DNA of 64,000 nucleotides from Pirellulales bacterium (GTDB lineage Bacteria; Planctomycetota; Planctomycetia; Pirellulales; DATAWG01): NCBI GenBank assembly GCA_963738955.1, contig CAVTYW010000019.1, positions 189,207 to 253,206 of the forward strand, read 5' to 3'. Shown piece by piece: positions 55,135 to 64,000 of this stretch (position 1 is its first letter; each line of letters starts with the position of its first letter). The notes under the pieces were generated by a model. It saw only the letters and a program-made list of their open reading frames with translations, ran no database searches and was not told where the DNA came from. The position numbers and the translations under genes were made by a program.

Positions 55135-55876
55135 TTATTTCTCGACCGCCGACGATTTGCTCGCCGCGGTCGCCGCTCCCGCGCTCTTCGCATCCGGAAC
55201 GCCGAGGGCTCGCAAGATCCCGAGCGCCATGAGTCCGTCGCCGCGCGCCTGCATGTGAACGCCGTCGCGAGTCAGCCATTTGTCCTTGACATCGGCCGGC
55301 TTCTTCGCAAGCACGTCGAAAAACATCTGGTGCAAATCGACGAACTCGCACTTCTTCTCTTCGGCGATTTTCTTCTCCGCCGCGATATACATCAGCAGCC
55401 GCTTGTTGCCCTCTTGCGTTGCGTCTTCTTGAATGACCGTGGGCGAAAGCAGAATCACCTTGATCCCGGCGGCCTGGGCCATGTCAACCATCTTCGCCAC
55501 GTTCTCGCTGTATTTCTCCAGCACCTTCGGATCGTGCGGCTGGCCGAGGCGATGCCACACGTCGTTGATGCCGATTGAGATCGTCACCCATTTCGGCTTC
55601 CGATCGACCACGTCGTGTTTGAATCGCGGCGCCAAATCCTCGGCCTTCTGACCGCTGATCCCGACGTTGACGATTTTCGGCAGTTTCAACTGCGGATATT
55701 CGCTCGCCAAAACCATATCGACATCGCGCAAATATCCGCCGTCCTGCGTAATGGAATCGCCGATAGCGATGATCTGATCGCCCGGCTTGAGTTGCAGTTC
55801 CTTCGGCATATCGGCGGGCGCGGCCGAGCATGGCAATCAGCGAAGCGAGTATCTTGGCAAGTCCGGCGGGATTCAT
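55135..55876 (-). CDS. Exported SGNH/GDSL hydrolase, frameshift in signal region
   Basis: IGDSIT, NVGISG, IGIND, DGVH. Confidence 0.92.
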
Positions 55877-55986
55877 GGTTGGTTCCTTGAGTTGGATGGG
55901 GTGAGATAGGCGGGCGGGAACAACAGTGAAGTGCGTCTAGGATAACTGCTCGCCGAGGGCAATGCCAGCAGCGTCGCAGGTATCTC

Positions 55987-56788
55987 CTATTTCCGAAGTC
56001 CACGCTGCCGGACCGCTTCGTAAAACAGCACCGCCGCGGTCGCGGAGACGTTCAAACTGTCGGCCGCGCCGTGCATCGGCAGACGAATTGGCGTTACGCT
56101 ATTCGTCCAGACCGTCGAACAACCCGGCTGCCTCGCTGCCGAGTACGATCGCCGCCGGGCCGGTGAAATCAACCGTCGTGTAATCGGTCGCCGCATCGAC
56201 CCGGGCGGCAAAAATCGGTATCCGCCGGCTTGCAAGCCAATCGCGAACCGCCGGCGCCGACGCCGCACAAACCGGCACGGAAAAGATCGTTCCCAAGCTC
56301 GCGCGGATCGTGTTTGGGTTGTAAAGATCAGTCCCGCCGTCGGCCACGATCAAGGCCGACACGCCCGCCGCATCGGCGCTGCGCAGCACGGCTCCGATAT
56401 TCCCCGGCTTTTCAACGCCTTCCAACACGGCCACTAGCGGACAAGCCGACAGCCGCAAATCGTCGAGTGTCGTCCGTGGCGGCCGGGCCACCGCGACAAT
56501 CCCTTCCGTCCGCTGGCCAAACGCCAGCCGCTCGAAGACGGCCGACGAAACCTCTGTCTGCCGCACCGGCATCGTCGCCAACCGCCGCAACAACCGGCCG
56601 CATTCCGCGTCATCGCCGCCGCACAGGCGCACGGCAGATGAAGACCTCGTCGAGCTCGATCCCCGCATCAATCGCCCGTGAAATCTCCCGCCCGCCGTCG
56701 ATCAGAAACAGCCCTTGCCGGCGCCGATGTCGCCCATCGCGCAGCGAGAGCACTCTTTGACCCGCGCGTTTTGCAGGCTGGTAATCAT
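55987..56788 (-). CDS. TrmH/SpoU RNA methyltransferase, frameshifted
   Basis: [41 protein letters not shown]. Confidence 0.9.
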
Positions 56789-56942
56789 GGGCCAGATCGT
56801 TGGTTATCGCGCGGCGGGCATTTCGGTTAGTGGATCAGCGGCCGTCACGGGCAATGGTCCAATGTATCCCTCGGCCCGTTTGACGCCCAGAGCCGACGAC
56901 GCCTATCATGGCACTGACACCCATCGTGGCAAGGAGATTTTC

Positions 56943-57806
56943 GTGACCGCAACCAAGCAACTTATTCGCGTCGGCCATAGTCCCGATCCCGACGACGCCT
57001 TCATGTTCCACGCCCTGGCCAACGGCAAGATCGACACCGGCGACTACGAGTTTCGGCACGAGCTGGTCGACATCGAAACGCTCAACCGCCGCGCCTTTGC
57101 CGGCGAGCTGGAACTGACGGCCGTCAGCATCCACGCCTATGCCCACCTGACCGACAAGTATATGCTTTGCCCCTGCGGCGCCAGCATGGGCGATCGCTAC
57201 GGCCCGATGGTCGTGGCCCCGTCGCGATTATTCGATCGACGAACTGCGCGGCCTTGACGATCGCCGTGCCCGGCACGCTGACGACGGCGTTTCTCGCGCT
57301 GCGACTTTGCCTGGGCCGCGAAATTTCGCACGTCGTCGTGCCGTTCGACCAGATCATCGACGCCGTCGAGGCGGGCGAGTAGCAAGGCAAGCCGATGGAG
57401 GCGGGCCTCATCATTCACGAAGGGCAACTCACCTACGGCGACCGCGGACTGAAACTGGTCCGTCGATCTCGGCGAGTGGTGGTTCGAACAAACCGGCCTG
57501 CCGCTGCCGCTGGGCGCCAATGCGATTCGCAAGGATCTCGGGCCAGAGGTGATCCGCGAAGTCAATCGGTTGCTCAAGGAGAGCATTCGCTACGGCCTGG
57601 ACCATCGCGACGAAGCGCTGCAGTATGCGCTGCAATACGGCCGCGATCTGGACCACGCGCAGGCCGACCGGTTCGTCGGCATGTACGTCAACGACTGGAC
57701 GCTCGATTTCGGCCCGCGCGGCCGCGAAGCCGTGCGACGATTGCTCGCCGAGGGCTTTGCGGCCGGCGTGATCCCCAATCGTGTCGAGCCGGAATTCGTT
57801 TCATAA
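56943..57806 (+). CDS. mqnD: 1,4-dihydroxy-6-naphthoate synthase (futalosine pathway); frameshifts and one in-frame TAG
   Basis: [50 protein letters not shown]. Confidence 0.9.
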
Positions 57807-57836
57807 TCCAGGCTGTCGCAAGAGTCGGAAATCAAG

Positions 57837-58241
57837 ATGGATCAACAATCCGACTCGCCGCGCGATGGTCTCGAACAATTTCGGCCGGTGCGGCCCGTTC
57901 GGCCCGAACGGGAAGACGAAACGTCGCCGGGAGCAAAGACGTCGAAATCGTCGCTCTCCATTATTCTCGCCGGCGGCGCGGCGCTGTTGATTCTCGCCGT
58001 TTTGGCGGTGCTGTTGTTCCCAGTGGCCGGCGTCGTGGTCGGCATCATGGGGATGGTGCTGCTGCTGGCCGGCCTGGCGGCGTTTCATTATGTCGTCTGG
58101 GGCTGGTGGCTCGGCGGAGTGATCCGAGCCGAAGTCAAGGCGGAGGAAGAAGCCGCTGAAGAAGCGGCCGCGGAGGCCCATCGTAAAACTCAAAAGCATT
58201 CGCCGCCGCCGGACAAAACAGAACGGCCCAACGGCGGCTAG
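57837..58241 (+). CDS. Small two-TM membrane protein
   Basis: Two hydrophobic helices, FHYVVWGWW. Confidence 0.75.
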   Translation: MDQQSDSPRDGLEQFRPVRPVRPEREDETSPGAKTSKSSLSIILAGGAALLILAVLAVLLFPVAGVVVGIMGMVLLLAGLAAFHYVVWGWWLGGVIRAEVKAEEEAAEEAAAEAHRKTQKHSPPPDKTERPNGG

Positions 58242-58296
58242 CGCCTTGCCGCTCATGCATCGGCCGACGGAGTGAGCGGCAAGGCGCTAGCCGCCG
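58232..58296. repeat. Perfect 24-bp inverted repeat between convergent genes
   Basis: CGGCGGCTAGCGCCTTGCCGCTCA / TGAGCGGCAAGGCGCTAGCCGCCG; includes the upstream gene's stop codon. Confidence 0.8.
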
Positions 58297-58329
58297 GTGT
58301 CTTGCCGAAGCCCGGTTAGCCGGCGCGAC

Positions 58330-58920
58330 TCACTTCTTCACATGGCCGAAATAATCGGGCGCATTTCCCGCGCACCACTTGATATTGCAGCCAATGCTCG
58401 GCTTCTGCTCGGCCGCGGCCGGCTTGCCGGCGAGCACGGCATCCAACGCGGCTCGCAGATCGACGCCGGTCACCAGGATGCCGGAATCGGGACGGCTCGA
58501 ATCCATCTGGCCGCGATAGGCCAGCTTCTGTTCCTTGTCGAACACGTAGAAATCGGGCGTGCAAGCCGCGCGAAAGGCTTTGGCGACCTCTTGGGTTTCG
58601 TCGTAAAGATACGGAAACGTGTAGCCGCGGTTCTCCACTTCATGCACCATCTGCTCCGGCGAGTCGGCCGGATAGCCGGCGGCATCGTTCGAGTTGATTC
58701 CGACCACTGCAACTCCCCGCGCCTGGTAATCGCGAGCCAACTGAGCCAAACCCGCGGCGACGTGTTTCACATACGGACAATGATTGCACATGAAAATCAC
58801 GAGCAACGCCGGCGCGCCGGCGAAATCCGCAAGCGAAACCGTCTGGCCATCGACATTCGACAGCGAGAAAGCGGGGGCTTTGGTGCCCAAGGGCAACATC
58901 GTGCTGGGAGTGAGTACCAT
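58330..58920 (-). CDS. Thioredoxin-fold (AhpC/TSA-like) protein
   Basis: CNHCPYV, YLYDETQEVA, AACTPDF, SIGCNIKW. Confidence 0.92.
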   Translation of the reverse strand: MVLTPSTMLPLGTKAPAFSLSNVDGQTVSLADFAGAPALLVIFMCNHCPYVKHVAAGLAQLARDYQARGVAVVGINSNDAAGYPADSPEQMVHEVENRGYTFPYLYDETQEVAKAFRAACTPDFYVFDKEQKLAYRGQMDSSRPDSGILVTGVDLRAALDAVLAGKPAAAEQKPSIGCNIKWCAGNAPDYFGHVKK

Positions 58921-59005
58921 GATTGCATCTCCATCGTGTTGAAGCGGCTGATGCTGGCCATCGTAGCAAATGACCGTAGCGGCGGGGAGGAGCGCAGCGG
59001 CGGGC

Positions 59006-59796
59006 TTATCCGTCGAGCCGAAACATTCGCCGCGCATTGGCCGTCGTTTGCGCCGCGAAATCCTCGATGCTCACGTCGCGCACCTTCGCCAAACATGCGG
59101 CCGTCAGCGCGACGTTCGCCGGCTCGTTGCGCTTGCCGCGCAGCGGATGCGGCGACAGATAGGGGCTATCCGTCTCGATCAGAATCCGATTCGCCGGCAC
59201 CGTCGCGGCGACGGCTCGCAGGTCGTCCGATTTTTTGAACGTCACCATTCCGGCAAAGCTGATATAGATGCCCAACTCGACGCATTCGGCCGCCGCGGCC
59301 GCGTCGCCCGTGAATGAATGCATCACCCCGCGACAGCGGCCCGCGCCCTCGCGACTTCGCGGAGCATCGCCAGCACTTCCGCCTGGCTTTCGCGCGTGTG
59401 AACGATGAACGGCAGATCGCGCTCTTGCGAAAGCCGCAGATGGCGATCGAAATAATCTTGTTGCAGAGAGAGCGGCGCATGATCGCGATATTGGTCCAAG
59501 CCGGTTTCGCCGAGCGCGACCACGCGCGGCTGCCCGGCCATTTCCACGACGCGATCCCAATCCCCGGCAGCGGCTTCGGCGCAATAATTCGGATGAATGC
59601 CGACTGCGGCATAGACGGACGGTTCGCGCGACGAATACTCGCCCGCCAACCGCAGCACCGCCGCGCTCGAATCGGCCGTCACGCCGATCGCCACGATCGT
59701 CGCCACGCCGGCCGCATGAGCCCTGTCGATGACCGCCGACCGATCGGCGTCGAACTCCGTCTGATCGAGATGCGCATGCGTGTCGAAAAGCGGCAT
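59006..59796 (-). CDS. tatD: TatD-family nuclease, frameshifted
   Basis: DTHAHL, GIHP, GETGLD, VMHSF, ETDSPYL, RNEPA. Confidence 0.93.
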
Positions 59797-59812
59797 GGCT
59801 ACGAAGCAGCAT

Positions 59813-60274
59813 TCATGAAATTGCGGCGATCTTCAGCGGCGGTGAATCGGGCCGCCTGAGAAGTTCTTCCAGCGATTGCAAATGACCGCGCACGTTTCCC
59901 AGCACCTCTTCCGCCAGCGCCCGATCTTCCGAGCCCTGGGCAAGCTCGGCGGAGAGTTGCTCGATCTCTCGCACATCGGCCTTCTGCCAGCGGACCAATT
60001 CCGTAAGCAAATAGTCGAGCGACAGCATATTCAAATCGGTGAACTCCATCGGGAATTCGCCTAAATCAAGCCGGCCGCGCAATTGCAAGATCCGCTCGGC
60101 GATTCGCTGGCAATAGCCGCGCGCGTCAGCGACAATGCCGGCCAGCACGCGCTGCGCCTGCTCGCCGCCCGGATGGGTCCAAGGAACCGCTTCGGCCAAA
60201 TAGATCGGCAGCGAACGATAGAGCCGCTGAAACAGCCGCACGAGAACTTCTTGAGGATCGTGTCGTCGCATCAA
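59813..60274 (-). CDS. Hypothetical four-helix ferritin-like protein
   Basis: Helical; FPMEFTDLNMLSLDYLL; between nuoN and tatD. Confidence 0.65.
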   Translation of the reverse strand: MMRRHDPQEVLVRLFQRLYRSLPIYLAEAVPWTHPGGEQAQRVLAGIVADARGYCQRIAERILQLRGRLDLGEFPMEFTDLNMLSLDYLLTELVRWQKADVREIEQLSAELAQGSEDRALAEEVLGNVRGHLQSLEELLRRPDSPPLKIAAIS

Positions 60275-60305
60275 TTCTTTTCCGTCGCCTACATAAGTGG
60301 GACGC

Positions 60306-60380
60306 CGCCCTCGCTAACGCTTCGGGTTGGTGTCGCGGCGGAGCCGCGACCCACACTAACCCGAAGCGTTAGCGAGGGCG
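60306..60380. repeat. REP-like doublet, family AACCCGAAGCGTTAGCGAGGG
   Basis: Inverted arms about 60306-60333 and 60353-60380. Confidence 0.88.
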
Positions 60381-60411
60381 AGGCAGCCAACTCGCAAAAC
60401 CACATCTTCCG

Positions 60412-62224
60412 TTACCAAAGCAAATGAGCCGTTGCCACCGCGGCCCAACTGTAGAGATCATTCCACCACAAACCCAAGAACAACACCGGGGCGGTGATCG
60501 CCACGATATAAGCCCCGGGCAGCGACACCAGCGGAAAACGTAAACGGCGGCCGCTGCTCCGGCTCCGGCTCGAAGGTCATCACCTTCACCACCCGCAGAT
60601 AATAAAACAAGCTCAAGGCCGTGTTCAGTCCGCCGATCACCAGCAGCGTAATCATCATCCCGCGAGCCGCGTCGAAATTGATCGCGTCGACCAGGCGACG
60701 AGAAAATCACGAACTTGCCCGCAAAACCGGCCAGCGGCGGCATGCCGATCAGGCTGAACAGAATGCAGCCGAAGCAGATCACCAGACCGGGCGAACGGCG
60801 GATCAGCCCGGCATAGTCGGCGATCTCTTCGCTGCGCAGCGCGTTGCGCAGAAAGCGCCACGATGGCGAACGCGCCCAGGTTCATGAACAGATAGACGCC
60901 GGCATAAAACGGCACCGCGGCGAACGCCGCCTCGGCCGCCGCCGGATTCTTGCCGGCCAGCACCAATCCGGCCGCGATCGGCATCATCATGTAGCCGGCA
61001 TGCGCGATCGTCGAATAGGCCAGCAGCCGCTTGATGTTCGTCTGGCCATAGGCCGCCAGGTTGCCGAACGTGCAGGTGATCGCGGCCAAGAAAGCCGACG
61101 AGCACGGCCATGAAACTCGCGGGCCGGAGCGAGAGCAGTGATCCGCGCAGTCGCCTGCTGACGGATCGAGCGGCGACCGGCGCTTCGCTTGCGATCGGCA
61201 GACGGAACAACTGCGCGGGCGGCGCCGTCGGCGGACGGCTCGGCAGGCTTGAGGCTTGAGCCGCTGGACGCTTTGCGACGCGGCCAGTCGCAACTTCTGT
61301 CGCAGCTCGCCGCCGCATCCGTCGGCGCGACGAAGCCGAAACCGACCGACGACGCGAACCAACAGCGCCAGCGCCGCCGCCTTCGAGGCGACCGACAAAA
61401 ACGCGTTCACCTCGGCGCTCGCTCCTTCGAACACGTCGGGGCACCAGAAATGAAACGGCACGGCCGACAGCTTGAACGCCAGCCCGACCATCACCATCAG
61501 CCCGCCCAGCACCAGCACCATCGTGCGGTCGCCGAGATGCGCCCGATTGAATCATCAGCGCCAGTTGATTGGCCATCGTCGGCAAATGGCACGAGCCGAG
61601 CACGCCGGCCAGCAGGCTGATGCCGTAGAGCATGACGCCGGCGGTGCCGGCGCCGTAGACCGAGTACTTCAGCGCCGCCTCGCTGCTCTTGCGCCGCCCC
61701 TTGAGCATGCCGGCCAGCGCGTACGACGGAACGCTGGCCATCTCGACGCCCAGAAAGATCGTCAGCAGGTGATTGGCCGAGGCCATGATGCACATGCCGA
61801 GCGTCGCGCCCAGCACCAGCGTGTAGAAATCGGGCGCGTCTTCGCGATCGGGAATGCCCGACAGCCGCGTGAGCAGCGACGAACAGCACGGCGAAGAACA
61901 TCAGCAAGCCGCGGAAATACACCGTGAGCGGATCGTAGACCAGCATGCCGGTGAAGAATTCGTGCCGAACGACGTGGCCATCGACCAACAATGCGGCCGG
62001 CTGCGTCCACGGCAAGGCAAACCACAGCCCGACGAGCGAACCGGCCAGCGCGACGAAGAACGCGTTGATTCGATCGCCGCCACGGAACACGCGCACCAGC
62101 AGCATCAGCACGATCGTCGCGCAGAGCACCAGCTCGGTGCGAAACGCCGGCAAGCTGACCGCCGTCGAATGCGCAGAGCGGCGACAAGTTGCGAAAGACT
62201 GGAGGCGGATTCGAGCAGGATCAT
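60412..62224 (-). CDS. nuoN: NADH-quinone oxidoreductase subunit N, heavily frameshifted
   Basis: SEAALKY, FKLSAVPFHFWCPDVFEGA, NIKRLLAYSTIAHAGY, GMPPLAGF, YYLRVV. Confidence 0.92.
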
Positions 62225-62255
62225 CGCGGGGTGGTTGTCTGTGTTTCGCTATAAG

Positions 62256-64000
62256 TCAAATTCGATCGTAGCTGGATTCGCCAGAATTCAGCCGCGCTTG
62301 GCAAGGCTCGGAATTCTGGCAAATTCCGCTACGGTGCCGGCGCCGTTCAAGCAACTTCGCTTCATCCTCGTCTTGAATGATGATTCGTGGTGTCACCAAC
62401 ATCGGTAGTTTTTCGCCGGGCTTCGCCGCCGCGTGCCACTTGCCCGGCGTCATTCAACTCCGCCGCGGCCGCATTCACTTCGGGCTGAATCCCATCCGCC
62501 GGGCTGTCATGCACCGTTCGCGTCCAAGTCGCCAGATCCTCCACTTGCTGCGTGACGGTCGGCGTCATGTAGTCGAAAATCGCTTGCGGATAGACGCCGA
62601 ACAGGATCGCGAAGCGCCAACAGCGGCGCGGCGATCGCCAGCTCGCGCGGCGTCATCGGCGTCAGATGATCGCCGTGCGGGCCCTTGTATTCCGGCCCCA
62701 GATAGACGCGCTGCATCGTCCACAGGATGTAGCCGGCCGTCAGAATCACGACCGAGGCCGAGATGACCGCCAGCGCCTTGCTGTAGTTCCACACCGACAG
62801 CGTCACGAACACTTCGCCGATGAATCCGCACAAGCCCGGCAGCCCCAGCCCGGCGAAGAAAATGCCGATCGCCAGCCCGCTATAGACCGGCATCTTGGCG
62901 AACAGGCCGCCGAACTGGTCGAGGTTGCGATGATGCACCCGGTCGTAAATCACGCCGACCATGAAGAACATGCCGGCCGAGCTGATGCCGTGGGCGATCA
63001 TCTGGAACATGGCGCCGTTCACGCCCATCGCCCAGTAGTCGGGATTGTACTCATTGCCGCGCCGTCGCGCTCCACACGCCGATGCCCAGCACGACGTAGC
63101 CCATGTGGCTCACCGAGCTGTAGGCCACCAGCCGCTTGAAATCCTTCTGGGCCAGCGCCGCGAACGCGCCGTAGACCATGCTCACCACGCCGATGCCGCA
63201 GACGAACCATAGCCAGGTCGATAGCCGCCGTCGGGACAGATCGGATAGCAGATGCGGATGATGCCGTAGCCGCCCATCTTCAACAGCACGCCGGCCAGGA
63301 TCATCGAGATCGGCGTCGGGGCCTCGACGTGCGCATCGGGCAACCAGGTGTGCAGCGGCACCGCCGGCACCTTGATGGCGAAGCCGATGAACAGCAGCAG
63401 GAACGCCCACCACTGCAGCGCTCTTGCCGCAGCAGCACTTCGCCGTCGAACGGCGATTCGGTGTGCTGCCCCATCTGCTCCAGGGCCAGGATGTTGAACG
63501 TGTGCTGCGGCGTCTTGCGGCTCGATCTTGATCGCCGTTGCTGGCGTCGGCTCCGGCGTGTTCGACGACCTTGGCGGTCGACCAGTTGCTCGGTCGTCGA
63601 GCAGCGTCGCAGATCGCTGTTGAAGTAGAGCATCAGGATGGCGATCAGCATCAGCACGCTGCCCAGCAGCGTGTACAGGAAGAACTTGATGGCCGCATAT
63701 TCGCGCCGCGGGCCGCCCCACACGCCGATCAGGAAGTACATCGGCAGCAGCATCACTTCCCAGAACACGTAGAACAGGAAGAAGTCGAGCGCCAGGAACA
63801 CGCCCAGCATGCCCGTTTCCAGCAGCAGGAACAGGATGCAATAGGCCTTGACGTGCTTCTTGATCGGCCAACTGGCCCCCATCGCCAGCATGCTGACGAA
63901 CGACGTCAGCAGCACCAGCGGAAAGCTGATGCCGTCGATGCCCATGAAGTAGTAGATGTTGAACGAGCGGAATCCAGGGGATCGAAAACGTGTCCTGCAT
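62256..64000 (-). CDS. nuoM: NADH-quinone oxidoreductase subunit M, 5' end outside window, frameshifted, 3' end uncertain
   Basis: [62 protein letters not shown]. Confidence 0.93.

Noticed and set aside
57380-57382. In-frame TAG in mqnD (AGE*QGKP) as possible recoding
   Set aside because: One base from TAC/TAT (Tyr); the gene has other errors; TAG is a normal stop elsewhere in the window and no pyl genes are seen
1-64000. tRNA, rRNA, riboswitch, prophage or integrase
   Set aside because: None recognised by eye; a covariance-model scan would be needed to exclude small RNAs

Overview
High-GC bacterial chromosome segment, most likely from a planctomycete (Pirellulales-like; inferred from gene repertoire and repeat style). 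Many housekeeping genes (dusB, rpoD, clpC, mutL, nuoM/N, mlaE/F) are split by small indels, which points to an error-prone long-read or metagenomic consensus rather than real pseudogenes. Content: aroC, MFS transporter, dusB, dnaG-rpoD-zinc-ribbon operon, PP2C phosphatase, mlaEFD, clpC, sulfatase, one DDE insertion sequence, a lipoprotein serpin, lpxL-like acyltransferase, trmL, hicAB, mutL, sigma54 response regulator, mqnD, tatD, nuoMN, and many palindromic and heptameric repeats. Three loci stand out: (1) a minimal type VII/ESX-like operon (6.0-11.3 kb) with two WXG100-like 'WRD' proteins, a coiled-coil protein and a membrane-anchored multi-domain FtsK/EssC-like ATPase, in a diderm and with no other ESX component in the window; (2) an ATPase-less ClpN-UVR-ClpN protein encoded divergently from clpC, a candidate ClpC decoy or adaptor; (3) a six-gene cluster of PspA-like protein, FHA protein, Ser/Thr kinase, membrane protein, ECF sigma and zinc-finger anti-sigma-like protein. 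All assignments come from reading motifs by eye; no database searches were run.
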